A DNA stretch of 64,000 nt from an uncultured Bacillales bacterium (GCA_946612115.1 CAMOEI010000005.1:23462-87461), one strand, 5' to 3'; shown: positions 19,591-28,658, counted from the first letter of the stretch. Numbers and translations are program-made. The notes: generated from the letters alone by a model not told the origin.

Positions 19591-20037
19591 ATGTCTAATT
19601 ACGGAGATGATATTTTAAAATTATCTAACCAAATTTGTTTCCCTTTATATGCGAGCGGGAAAGAAATAGTTAGAAGATACACTCCATATTTAAATGAGCT
19701 AGATCTCACCTATACCCAATATCTTGTTTTAATGGTGTTGTGGGAAAAAGATTCTATCTCAGTTAAAGAGATTGGAGAAAAGCTCTATCTCGATAGCGGC
19801 ACTCTCACTCCTTTAATAAATAAATTAATAAATAAAGGATTAATCAAAAAAAGTGTTTCCTCTAATGACGCTAGAGAGTTAGTCATCTTTTTAACTAGTA
19901 AAGGAATTAAATTAAAGGAGAGAGCAAAAAGTATTCCTCCTTTAATCGCTGGTAAAGTAAAATTATCTCAGGAAGAAGCAATACAATTATATAGTTTACT
20001 ATATAAAGTATTAGATGGATTTAAAGATGAAAGATAA
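19591..20037 (+). CDS. MarR-family regulator, OhrR-like (conserved N-terminal Cys in ICFPLY)
   Basis: 148-aa wHTH MarR architecture. 2 nt after the gpx stop and overlaps the CDF gene start. Confidence 0.7.
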   Translation: MSNYGDDILKLSNQICFPLYASGKEIVRRYTPYLNELDLTYTQYLVLMVLWEKDSISVKEIGEKLYLDSGTLTPLINKLINKGLIKKSVSSNDARELVIFLTSKGIKLKERAKSIPPLIAGKVKLSQEEAIQLYSLLYKVLDGFKDER

Positions 20038-21145
20038 GAATATTGTCCAAAGAGAAAAAAAGATTGTTCGAACTAGTTTAATCGGAATATTCGGTAATAT
20101 CGGACTAGTCGCTATTAAGATGGTTGTCGGATTAATCGCTGGAGCGGTTTCGATCGTTTTAGATGCAGTTAATAACTTAACAGATGCCTTAAGTAGTCTT
20201 ATCACTATTATTGGAACTAAGCTTGCAGGTAAAAAACCAGACAAGAAACACCCATATGGACACGGAAAAATTGAATATCTAACTTCAATGTTAATTGGAG
20301 TTATCGTCCTTGTTGCGGGTGGTACATCAATATATGAATCCATCATGTCTTTAATTAAACATGATGTCGCAACTTACTCTAATTTATCTTTAATCTTAAT
20401 CTCCGTTGCTATTTTAGTAAAAGTGGCCTTAGGTTTATATTTTAGAAAAGTTGCAAAAGAGACTAATAGTGACGCTTTAAAAGGGAGCGGAATTGATGCT
20501 TTATTTGATGCAATATTATCTACTTCCACTTTAGTGGGCGCAATTGTTTCTAGATATGCTGGAGTGTCTATTGAAGGATATCTAGGTATCTTAATCGGTT
20601 TATTCATTTTAAAAAGTGGTTTTGAAATCTTACGCGATTCCGTTAGTCAAATCATTGGTCAAAGACCATCAAATGAAATCTCTATTGGAATTAAACAACT
20701 AGTGAATTCTCATAAAGAAGTCATTGGAGCCTATGACCTCATCTTAAATAACTATGGTCCAAATAAATCAATCGGTTCAATTCATATTGAAGTTGATGAT
20801 GATGTGACCGCTAAAGAACTCCACCACTTAACTAGACAAATTTCTACAGAGGTCTATGAAAAATTTGGGGTTATCTTAACTGTTGGAATTTACGCTGCTA
20901 ATAAGAGCAATCCAGAAATTAAAGAACTAAGATCATATATTTATGATTTAGTGAAAACAAATGAAGATATCACTCAAGTGCACGGCTTTTATGTCGATGA
21001 AGAAAAATCTCTTGTCACCTTTGATATCATCGTCGATTACTCTAAAGATAGTGAAACGATTAAAAATGAATTAATCGAAAACTTAAAAACTAAGTTCCCA
21101 AAATATAATTATTATATTGTTATTGATAACGATTTCGCAGATTAA
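20015..21145 (+). CDS. Cation diffusion facilitator (CDF) family metal efflux transporter
   Basis: Six TM N-terminal domain with a conserved HxxxD motif (HDVATY) plus C-terminal cytoplasmic domain. Confidence 0.8.
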   Translation: MDLKMKDKNIVQREKKIVRTSLIGIFGNIGLVAIKMVVGLIAGAVSIVLDAVNNLTDALSSLITIIGTKLAGKKPDKKHPYGHGKIEYLTSMLIGVIVLVAGGTSIYESIMSLIKHDVATYSNLSLILISVAILVKVALGLYFRKVAKETNSDALKGSGIDALFDAILSTSTLVGAIVSRYAGVSIEGYLGILIGLFILKSGFEILRDSVSQIIGQRPSNEISIGIKQLVNSHKEVIGAYDLILNNYGPNKSIGSIHIEVDDDVTAKELHHLTRQISTEVYEKFGVILTVGIYAANKSNPEIKELRSYIYDLVKTNEDITQVHGFYVDEEKSLVTFDIIVDYSKDSETIKNELIENLKTKFPKYNYYIVIDNDFAD

Positions 21146-21147
21146 AA

Positions 21148-21176
21148 AACTCCACGACTTGTGGAGTTTTCTTTAT
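21148..21176 (+). terminator. Terminator ACTCCAC-gactt-GTGGAGT + T-run after the CDF gene
   Basis: Seen in sequence. Confidence 0.8.
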
Positions 21177-21206
21177 AAAAGAAAAGCCGAATTAATCTTC
21201 GGCTTT
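21175..21206 (-). terminator. Terminator AAGCCGAA-gattaa-TTCGGCTT for the 21192..21551 gene; hairpin contains its stop codon
   Basis: Seen in sequence; T-run on the minus strand. Confidence 0.7.
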
Positions 21207-21551
21207 TACTTCACTAACTTCAGCGTCAACAACTGTTTCAGTTGGTTTTTTAAGTCTAGCGGCTCTTCTTTGAGATTTTTCAAATTCACGATCAGATTTC
21301 TTAGCCGTGACTAACAAAGTAACTACACTAACAACGACCGCAATACCAAGAACTAAAAGTCCTTGCCATAAAAAGCCCATTTGACCTGTGGTGGCTTTAA
21401 GATGTAAATCAGCTTTATATAAATCTGATTCGTGAGCGATAAAGCTACACGCCATACCTAAAGCTAAATATGTCAATCCCCATAGGCCCATTAAGCCTGA
21501 AAGGATATAAACAACTAATTCAAAAATTGTGACGGGAAGTTTCTTTTTCAT
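21192..21551 (-). CDS. Small membrane protein with basic C-terminal tail, function unknown
   Basis: 119 aa, 3 hydrophobic segments; 15 bp downstream of the 281-aa gene (operon). Confidence 0.4.
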   Translation of the reverse strand: MKKKLPVTIFELVVYILSGLMGLWGLTYLALGMACSFIAHESDLYKADLHLKATTGQMGFLWQGLLVLGIAVVVSVVTLLVTAKKSDREFEKSQRRAARLKKPTETVVDAEVSEVKAED

Positions 21552-21565
21552 TGAAGTTCTCCTTA

Positions 21566-22411
21566 TTAAGCTTGCGCTCCACCATTAGCTTTTCTAATGT
21601 CAGCGAGCATTTCTTGTAAGGCTTTATTGAAGAGCTCTTGCCATTTTGGTGCATTTGCTTGGACTCTGGTATTTAAACCATCAATTGCTTCTTTGAATAA
21701 ATCTGGGAAGTTTTTGTTGTCTCTTCTTTCTCTTCTACCTTCACTCATCTCAACGACTTGCAAGCATTTGTCTAAAGCATCTAATGAATCGTTATCGATG
21801 AAGTGGTTGTGCTCTCTGATGCTTCTAAGCATTTTCGCGTAAACACTTAATTCGTTTTGAACGATATAGTTAGATTGTGGAGTTGGTTTTCCTTGGCTTT
21901 CAGACATGACCTTTTGGAATTCAAAGAAAGATTTTTCAAAATCTTGCATGATTAAAAGAGTCGAGAATAAACGGTAGTGACGATCATCAACAGGCATTAA
22001 GTCTTCGATGATTGGTTCAGCTTCGTTATGTTGTCTAGCTAAATTGACATGGAAATAGATGATATCTCTAAGAGGTTCCATGATTTCGGTGACATATTGA
22101 TAAATCTTTAAATGTTGAGAGTGATCGACACGGATTTTTCCTTCAGCGGTTTTCACTAAGATTGTGGAATTATCTCCGTAGAGTTCATCTAACATCTCAC
22201 GATATTTCTCCATCATTTCAGTAAATTTATCTTTGTTGGCTTCTAAAAATTTACCAAGTGGAGTTTCAACTTCTAAACCTTTGGTTAAAACTTGTTTTCT
22301 TTGTTCAAATAATTTGGCGTCATGTTCACGAGGTAAAACATATTCAAGAGTGTCTCTTAAATGGGTAGCGACGTGAATAATGTCAAAATTGTATTGATTA
22401 ATGTTTTTCAT
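21566..22411 (-). CDS. Hypothetical protein with internal two-fold repeat (IIHVATHLRDTLEY / IYFHVNLARQHNEA); possibly DUF2935-like
   Basis: 281-aa ORF; strong SD GAAGGAGGACAATT-ATG; TGtgTATAAT extended -10 upstream; structured 5'UTR. Confidence 0.4.
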   Translation of the reverse strand: MKNINQYNFDIIHVATHLRDTLEYVLPREHDAKLFEQRKQVLTKGLEVETPLGKFLEANKDKFTEMMEKYREMLDELYGDNSTILVKTAEGKIRVDHSQHLKIYQYVTEIMEPLRDIIYFHVNLARQHNEAEPIIEDLMPVDDRHYRLFSTLLIMQDFEKSFFEFQKVMSESQGKPTPQSNYIVQNELSVYAKMLRSIREHNHFIDNDSLDALDKCLQVVEMSEGRRERRDNKNFPDLFKEAIDGLNTRVQANAPKWQELFNKALQEMLADIRKANGGAQA

Positions 22412-22542
22412 AATTGTCCTCCTTCAATACATTTAGGGTTTTCTTCACCCACGGATAGGACTCTAAATGTGTGGACTGGTATATATTATACACAAGTAAG
22501 GGTGTCTTGTATAAAAATATTTTTTATATAAGCAGCTAATAG

Positions 22543-22573
22543 TCAAAAGAAAAGGCGGGAATAAATCCCGCCA
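22543..22573 (-). terminator. Terminator GGCGGGA-ataaa-TCCCGCC for hpf
   Basis: Hairpin + T-run on the minus strand. Confidence 0.8.
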
Positions 22574-22589
22574 CAATAATTAAAGTTGA

Positions 22590-23141
22590 TTATTTGATTG
22601 GGTTTTCAGCTTGGATAACACCGTATCCACCGTCATTTCTAACATAGACAGTAGAGATGCGGTCATCTTCTTCATCTAAATACATGAAGAATGGATGTCC
22701 AAGAGCTTCCATACGAGTAATGGCTTCTTCAATAGTCATTGGTTGAAGGTAATAAGATTTTAATCTTACAACGACATCTTGTTCCTCGTTTCTTTCCTCT
22801 TCTTCAACTAAGTCAAAGTCGATGGCTTTTCCTAAGTGGAGTTTATTGTTACTGCGATCCATTCTGGTCTTGATTTTTCTCATCTGACCTTCAAGCTTAT
22901 CAATCACTAAATCGATTGCGGCGTATAGATCGCTAGATTCTACTTCTGCTCTAAGTGGCATAGATGGTAAGAAGATTGTAACTTCTACTTTTTGGACTAA
23001 GTTATGAGCGCTAACGACGCAGCGGCATTCCACATCATCTTTGATGAGGAAATACTTGTCCATCTTTGATAATTTGTTTTGCAAAGCGTTTGAGATACCT
23101 TCGGTGACCTCAATGTTTTTGCCAATAATTTGGTATTTCAT
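22590..23141 (-). CDS. hpf: Ribosome hibernation promoting factor, long form
   Basis: N-terminal MKYQIIGKNIEVTEGI… (YfiA/HPF domain) plus C-terminal dimerisation domain; 183 aa. Confidence 0.85.
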   Translation of the reverse strand: MKYQIIGKNIEVTEGISNALQNKLSKMDKYFLIKDDVECRCVVSAHNLVQKVEVTIFLPSMPLRAEVESSDLYAAIDLVIDKLEGQMRKIKTRMDRSNNKLHLGKAIDFDLVEEEERNEEQDVVVRLKSYYLQPMTIEEAITRMEALGHPFFMYLDEEDDRISTVYVRNDGGYGVIQAENPIK

Positions 23142-23234
23142 GATATGTACTCCTTTCCAAATTACCTAGAATAGGATTTATTCACATTTTTATTATAGTT
23201 TATCGTTCATCGTTTTTAAATAAAAACGCATCGA

Positions 23235-24404
23235 TTATTCTTCTAAAAGCTTTTTAATTTCGTTAACTTTGTCGAGTCTTTCCCAAGGTAGACTAACATC
23301 TGGTCGTCCAAAGTGACCATAGTTAGAGATATCTTGATATCTAAATGAAGGTGTCTTTAAACCAAAGTTTTTAATAATCATTCCGGGTCTACAATCAAAA
23401 ACAGTCTTGATGATGTGAAGTAACTTATCATCGCTATATTTAGAGCTATTAAAAGTATCGATGGCGATACTAATTGGATAATTAATTCCAATGGCGTAAC
23501 TAAGTTGAACTTCCACTCTTTCACTTGCGCCAGCGGCCACTAAGTTTTTAGCGATATATCTAGCCATATACGTTCCTGAGCGATCAACTTTAGAAGGATC
23601 TTTTCCTGAGAAAGCTCCTCCACCGTGATGAGCGCTGCCTCCATAAGTATCGACAATAATTTTTCTTCCAGTTAATCCAGTATCTCCAGCAGGTCCACCT
23701 AAAACAAATCTTCCAGTTGGATTGACTAAATATTTAAAATCATCGTTAAATCCGTACTTTTTTGCGATTTTTTTCATGATTTTTTCATGGATATATTCTT
23801 TGAATTTATCTAAATCAACATCCTCGTCGTGTTGAACTGACATCAAGATTGTATCTAGTTTTGGATTAGCTTTATCGGAATAATCAATCGTGACTTGAGC
23901 CTTCATATCTGGTCGAGCACCTTTAAAGACTCCACTTTTTCTTTGATTGGTGGCTTCTCTAACTAGATTATGCGCAATTGAAATTGGTAAAGGCATATAT
24001 CCTTCAGTTTCATTAGTAGCGTAGCCAAACATCATACCTTGGTCTCCCGCTCCTTGATCTTCTGGATTAGTTTGATTCACTCCTTGATTGATGTCCCCTG
24101 ATTGTTGTTGAATTTTATTAACGATTTGAATCGTGTGATAATCACAGCCATATTCAGGTTTATCATAACCAATCTCTTTTAAAACATTTCTAACAATTGG
24201 TTCGATGTCAATCTTGCCTTTGCAGGTGATTTCTCCTCCCACTAAAACATAGTTTGTGGTTGCAAAACATTCGCAGGCCACATGACTATTTGGATCGACT
24301 TTTAAACACGCGTCTAAAACCGCGTCACTAATTTGATCGCAGACTTTGTCTGGATGTCCTTCACTTACGGACTCTGATGTAAATAAGATTTTTTCTTTTG
24401 CCAT
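23235..24404 (-). CDS. metK: S-adenosylmethionine synthetase
   Basis: FTSESVSEGHPDKVCDQISDAVLDA, GGGAFSGKD motifs. Confidence 0.9.
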   Translation of the reverse strand: MAKEKILFTSESVSEGHPDKVCDQISDAVLDACLKVDPNSHVACECFATTNYVLVGGEITCKGKIDIEPIVRNVLKEIGYDKPEYGCDYHTIQIVNKIQQQSGDINQGVNQTNPEDQGAGDQGMMFGYATNETEGYMPLPISIAHNLVREATNQRKSGVFKGARPDMKAQVTIDYSDKANPKLDTILMSVQHDEDVDLDKFKEYIHEKIMKKIAKKYGFNDDFKYLVNPTGRFVLGGPAGDTGLTGRKIIVDTYGGSAHHGGGAFSGKDPSKVDRSGTYMARYIAKNLVAAGASERVEVQLSYAIGINYPISIAIDTFNSSKYSDDKLLHIIKTVFDCRPGMIIKNFGLKTPSFRYQDISNYGHFGRPDVSLPWERLDKVNEIKKLLEE

Positions 24405-24612
24405 AACTTTATTCCTATAAAAAACTTCCCCCAGAATTGGGAGAAGCTAATATATTCTTCTCGTCTTATCGTTCAAGGTTCTGGGGCCTTGCTAAGGAAG
24501 AGCACTTACTCTTTCGAGAGTTGCTACTGTGTTTTTACATTCCTTATTACACAGTTCTGGATAAGTGTGTTTATTATAAATAAATGATTTAGTAATATCA
24601 AGAGGATAAATT
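24405..24612 (-). promoter_or_regulatory. metK leader. Sigma-A-like promoter (TTGATA-17-TATAAT), ~150-nt structured leader with a P1-like pairing CUUAUC…GAUAAG, an antiterminator (CCCCAGAA) and an intrinsic terminator (CTTCTCCCaattcTGGGGGAAG+T6) ending 12 nt before the SD. Riboswitch-like attenuator, class unassigned.
   Basis: Hairpins read directly on the minus strand. No GGAGGGA / GGCAACC SAM-I core motifs found. Confidence 0.5.
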
Positions 24613-24619
24613 AATCAAG

Positions 24620-24647
24620 AAACAAAAAATCAGGACGAGCCTGATTA
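24620..24647 (-). terminator. Terminator AATCAGG-acgag-CCTGATT + T6, overlapping the stop of the 83-aa gene
   Basis: Seen in sequence. Confidence 0.75.
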
Positions 24648-24896
24648 TTGTTTTGCTAAATGTTTTTTGATTCCTTTAGCGAGTTGATCTGGACAGCTAG
24701 TTCCATTACGACATTGAATTCCTTCTAGTCTTTTAACCGCTTCTTCTAGAGTCATTCCAACCAATAGGGCTGCTAAGCCTTGAGTGTTACCGCGACATCC
24801 ACGGACAATATTTACTTTTTTAATAATTCCGTCTTCATGTTCCACAGTCATTTCAACAGAGCAAACATTCTGAGGATAAAAATGGATTGTTTCCAT
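24645..24896 (-). CDS. Small 4-Cys protein (TIGR03905-like: CSVEM…GCRGNTQG…CRNGTSCPDQ)
   Basis: 83-aa ORF, start overlapping the upstream PduL-like stop (ATGA-type coupling). Confidence 0.45.
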   Translation of the reverse strand: METIHFYPQNVCSVEMTVEHEDGIIKKVNIVRGCRGNTQGLAALLVGMTLEEAVKRLEGIQCRNGTSCPDQLAKGIKKHLAKQ

Positions 24897-25468
24897 TATT
24901 TAACAATTCTTCCGTAAACAGTTCCAGAGCATCCAGCAGCGTTACTCTCATCAGTGTCGATGTGCATTGCTAAAGCAAAGTCTTCTCTAACTCTAACGAC
25001 AACATCACCAAAGATTAAGCTTCTTTCTGGGGTGTTGACTTCAACTTTGACAATTTCACCATTTTTAACACCGAATTCTTCTGCATCGGCAGGAGTCATA
25101 TGGATATGTCTTTTAGCAACGATACATCCTTCGCTTAATTCGAGTTCTCCAGCAGGACCCACTAATTTGATTGGAGCACTACCAGCGATATCTCCACTTT
25201 CTCTAATGACTGCAGGAACACCAAGTGTTCTAGCATCGGTGGCGGAGACTTCAACTTGAGCAGCTTTTCTAAATGGTCCAAGGATGGAGACATTTGGAAT
25301 GGATCTTTTAGGTCCTACTACTTCTAATCTAGAAGTTGAGACATATTGTCCAGGTTGAGATAAAGGTGCTCTAACTTCGATTTTGGCATCTTCACCAAAT
25401 AAGATTTTGAATTGCTCTTCAGTGACGTGAATATGACGCGCACTTGTTTCTACTAAAATATCTTTCAT
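24896..25468 (-). CDS. pduL: PduL/EutD-type phosphate acyltransferase
   Basis: Duplicated motifs SARHIHV…GPKRSIP and AKRHIHM…GVKNG characteristic of PduL; ~190 aa. Confidence 0.7.
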   Translation of the reverse strand: MKDILVETSARHIHVTEEQFKILFGEDAKIEVRAPLSQPGQYVSTSRLEVVGPKRSIPNVSILGPFRKAAQVEVSATDARTLGVPAVIRESGDIAGSAPIKLVGPAGELELSEGCIVAKRHIHMTPADAEEFGVKNGEIVKVEVNTPERSLIFGDVVVRVREDFALAMHIDTDESNAAGCSGTVYGRIVK

Positions 25469-25581
25469 TTTCTTTTCCTTCTTTTAATCGCCTTGATATT
25501 TTATCAAATTGATTTAGAAAAATCATTATACTCTTGTCTTTTATTCCTATTTTTCTTAAAATAATCAAGCAACTTGGAAAT

Positions 25582-25666
25582 GCGCAGGTGGCGGAACTGG
25601 TAGACGCGTACGTTTGAGGGGCGTATATCGCAAGATGTGTGAGTTCGATTCTCATCCCGCGCACCA
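25582..25666 (+). tRNA. tRNA-Leu (anticodon GAG), long variable arm
   Basis: GCGCAGGTGGCGGAACTGGTAGACGCG…loop UU-GAG-GG…GAGTTCGATTCTCATCCCGCGCACCA; 85 nt, encoded CCA. Confidence 0.8.
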
Positions 25667-25673
25667 AATTGAA

Positions 25674-25707
25674 AAAAAATACAAGGATTTATCCTTGTTT
25701 TTTTTAT
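25674..25707. terminator. Bidirectional terminator ACAAGGA-ttt-ATCCTTGT flanked by A8/T8
   Basis: Seen in sequence; serves tRNA-Leu (+) and the acyltransferase gene (-). Confidence 0.8.
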
Positions 25708-26780
25708 GCTTGTGGTAACTCCTCTTTCTTTTTACGTTTGAATTTATCAAATAACAAGAACAATGGGGTTTCTAATGCGTATTTTCTAAATATATCGATG
25801 ATTAAGCAAAGAGTAAAAACAATCGCTACCGACATTACTAAATGCCAAAGCATATTCGCTGAACTACAATAATCTTGAGTCCTAAAAAGAACTTTCCAAT
25901 AATAATTTCTTAAAGAATCATTATCGTGAATCAAATAAATTCCTAAAGTGAATCCTGCAATAAAGTTAATAGGCTTTGAATATATTGGCTTTGCCATAGA
26001 TAAAAGCATCATTAAGCCAAACACCATTAAAATCATAAATACACTATGTCTAGAGATAAACCAGTTAATCATATACGCCATATCGAGATGACTAATCGAG
26101 ATTAACGACATGATTAATTGGAAGACAAAGATTATTCCAAGATTAATAAATAGCATTAATAATCCAGTTTTCTTATTGAACCATTTTTGCCCACTTTCTT
26201 TTGATAATCTTAAAAATGCTCCATAGCAATATAAACAGAATAACGATAAGAATCTATTTAGATAAAATGTCCCTGCAGTGATAGAAGGAACAATCGACCA
26301 GACTACTGTAATAATAATCATGAACTTAAAAGCCAAAGAGTAATTTTCTAGTTTAAATAGCTTATTTATAAACGGATGAAACAAATAGACTAATAGATAC
26401 GCAGAAACAAACCAACTTCTTTCAAAGAAGAGGCCAAAGATAGTTTTCAAGAACTCGTCCGAATCAAATTGCTTCCCATCCACTAGAACAAAGGATAACC
26501 CATAAAACAATAAGATATAAAAGTAATATTCAAGGACTAGTTTTACGATGTGAAATACATTTACCTTTTCCGATTTCCAAAGGAAAAATTCAGAAATCAT
26601 CATGAACATCGCTACCCCCATGTCTCCAAGAGATAAATTATTCGCTAGGATCAAATTAGCGGTAGAGATATTTGCATTATCTTTTGTCCCCATCATGTAA
26701 TGGGAAATAATAATAAAAACAATTGCGACAATTCTTAATATTTCAAAAGTTGAGTTTCTAATTTTATTCTCACTTGCCAT
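25704..26780 (-). CDS. Acyltransferase family 3 (OatA-like) integral membrane protein
   Basis: N-terminal FEILRIVAIVFIIISHY motif; ~10 TM helices; 358 aa. Confidence 0.7.
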   Translation of the reverse strand: MASENKIRNSTFEILRIVAIVFIIISHYMMGTKDNANISTANLILANNLSLGDMGVAMFMMISEFFLWKSEKVNVFHIVKLVLEYYFYILLFYGLSFVLVDGKQFDSDEFLKTIFGLFFERSWFVSAYLLVYLFHPFINKLFKLENYSLAFKFMIIITVVWSIVPSITAGTFYLNRFLSLFCLYCYGAFLRLSKESGQKWFNKKTGLLMLFINLGIIFVFQLIMSLISISHLDMAYMINWFISRHSVFMILMVFGLMMLLSMAKPIYSKPINFIAGFTLGIYLIHDNDSLRNYYWKVLFRTQDYCSSANMLWHLVMSVAIVFTLCLIIDIFRKYALETPLFLLFDKFKRKKKEELPQA

Positions 26781-26927
26781 TACTTAAGTTGATTGTATAA
26801 AAAAATGAACATAATTTAAATAGCGTCTAGCTTTTTAATTTATTTTTAGTTTTACTAAATGTTTATTATTTGTGAAAGGAGTATTTGAATAATGAAAAAA
26901 TTCTTCACAGTGACATACTCCCACCAC

Positions 26928-28085
26928 TTATAGAAGTAGGGGCTTCTTGCTCGATGACTCTAATGAGCCAAGCATAAACAAGCTATCCGGATGTGTCCCA
27001 TCCTTAGTAAGCATTTCAATTCCCTTACGTAGAATATTTTTAGCTGCGTTTATATCTCGATCATGGACTGAGCCACATTGAGGGCATGTCCATTTTCTTA
27101 CTCTTAAATCTTTAGTGAGAGGATTTTGATAATTGCAGTAACTACATAATTGACTACTTGGATAATTAGTAGGAACCTTAACAATAACGTTCCCATACCA
27201 ATTAGCCTTATAAATAAGCATAGAAACAAATTTAGACCAACTCGCATCAGAAATGCTTCTAGCGAGTTTAGTGTTTCTAGTCATATTTTTTACTTTCAGG
27301 TCTTCAATACAAATGATTTGGTTTTCATCAATGATAATTCGAGAAAGTTTATGTAAATAGTCATTACGTTGATTCTCTATTTTCTTATGAATTCTAGCAA
27401 CTTTAATTCTTTGCTTGTTACGGTTATTACTACCCTTTTTCATAAGAGATAGTTTTCTTTGTTCTCTAGCGAGTTTATTTTGTGATTTGGTTAAGTATTT
27501 ATGGTTTTTATATTTATTCCCGTTAGAGTCAATAATTAGCTCTTTAATCCCTAAGTCTAATCCAATCGCATTATCTAAAAATTTAATAGATTCAGAATTC
27601 TCCTCAACAAGCAAAGAAATATAATACTTCTCATCCGTAGTCTTACTAACAGTTACAGATTTAATTTCACCTATAAAGTCACGATGCTTCTTTATTCTAA
27701 TACGAGGACATTTAGGAATAGATATATATCGGTCGTTAGAGGAGAACTTCACACTTCCCTGGTTATTTGTGGTATAGCTTTGATCATTCCTTTTAGATTT
27801 ATATTCAGGAAAACCATTTTGCTTTTTATAAAACGATTTAAAAGCCGCGTTTCTTGCTAATTGTGCGTTACATAAGGCTAAAGAATCAACATCTTTTAAA
27901 AATGGATAATCCTTTTTATATCTAGCGGGAGTGATATTTTCATTTTTACCAGTAGATTTATATATCTCACACATATCTGAAAGAGACTTATTATAGAAAA
28001 ACCTTACACATCCAAAAACTCTAGAGAAGTATTCCTTCTGACTAGCGTTAGGATAGATGCGATATTTATAAGCTTTTCTAATCAT
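26928..28085 (-). CDS. tnpB: IS605 OrfB/TnpB (RuvC-like nuclease + C-terminal Zn finger CSYC…CPQCG); RNA-guided (OMEGA) nuclease family
   Basis: MIRKAYKYRIYPN… N-terminus; GLDLGIKE RuvC-I; CxxC…CxxC near the C-terminus. Confidence 0.85.
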   Translation of the reverse strand: MIRKAYKYRIYPNASQKEYFSRVFGCVRFFYNKSLSDMCEIYKSTGKNENITPARYKKDYPFLKDVDSLALCNAQLARNAAFKSFYKKQNGFPEYKSKRNDQSYTTNNQGSVKFSSNDRYISIPKCPRIRIKKHRDFIGEIKSVTVSKTTDEKYYISLLVEENSESIKFLDNAIGLDLGIKELIIDSNGNKYKNHKYLTKSQNKLAREQRKLSLMKKGSNNRNKQRIKVARIHKKIENQRNDYLHKLSRIIIDENQIICIEDLKVKNMTRNTKLARSISDASWSKFVSMLIYKANWYGNVIVKVPTNYPSSQLCSYCNYQNPLTKDLRVRKWTCPQCGSVHDRDINAAKNILRKGIEMLTKDGTHPDSLFMLGSLESSSKKPLLL

Positions 28086-28117
28086 AAACCTCCTAATTCA
28101 AGGAGTTAGATTAGTTA

Positions 28118-28513
28118 TCATTCTCCCTGAGATTCGATATATTCCTTGATTGTCTCAATATTAGCCACACCTATAGAGATAAGACAGAAAGACTGAGACC
28201 AGAATGCTTCTTTATATAATCTAGATCTAATAGAAGGAAATTCTTTCTTTATTAGTCTAGAAGAAGCAGACTTATAAGCATTGATGAACTTAGAGATATT
28301 AGAATTTGGTTCACTTCTAAATAAAATGTGAACACGATCCAAATCATGGTTCCATTCTTCAAGAGCAATATTATAATTACCCTCAATATTCCTAAATATC
28401 CCTTTTAACCTTTCAGATATTTCATCATTTATCACCTTTTTACGATATTTAACTACCAAGATTAGATGAAAATGAATCGCGAATACTGAATGGTTATTAC
28501 TCCTCAATTCCAC
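28118..28513 (-). CDS. tnpA: IS200/IS605 Y1 (HUH) transposase TnpA
   Basis: HFHLIL (HuH) motif and a Tyr-containing helix near the C-terminus (RLYKEAFWSQS); 131 aa. Confidence 0.85.
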   Translation of the reverse strand: MELRSNNHSVFAIHFHLILVVKYRKKVINDEISERLKGIFRNIEGNYNIALEEWNHDLDRVHILFRSEPNSNISKFINAYKSASSRLIKKEFPSIRSRLYKEAFWSQSFCLISIGVANIETIKEYIESQGE

Positions 28514-28658
28514 ATCTATATTATATCATTATTTATAATTATATAAAAGGATATAGTGACTTATTTTTGTACTTATTACGACTGAATGTAATAATTTCAA
28601 TTCATCCCCCACCTATAGAGGTATCCATCAATTTAACAAATTACTGTGGGGGACTTAC

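Larger units (their letters stand above)
26890..28650 (-). mobile_element. IS200/IS605-family insertion sequence (tnpA + tnpB); approximate ends
   Basis: Y1-transposase tnpA and tnpB in canonical order. Related subterminal sequences CCCACCACTTATAGAAGTAGGGG (~26915) and CCCCCACCTATAGAGGTATCC (~28608), plus hairpin CCCCCAC…GTGGGGG at the left end. Confidence 0.75.

Noticed and set aside
24405-24612. Calling the metK leader a canonical SAM-I (S-box) riboswitch
   Set aside because: The attenuator architecture is present, but the conserved SAM-I motifs (GGAGGGA, GGCCC…GGCAACC, GGUGC.AAUUCC) are absent on both strands. It is reported as an unclassified riboswitch-like leader instead.
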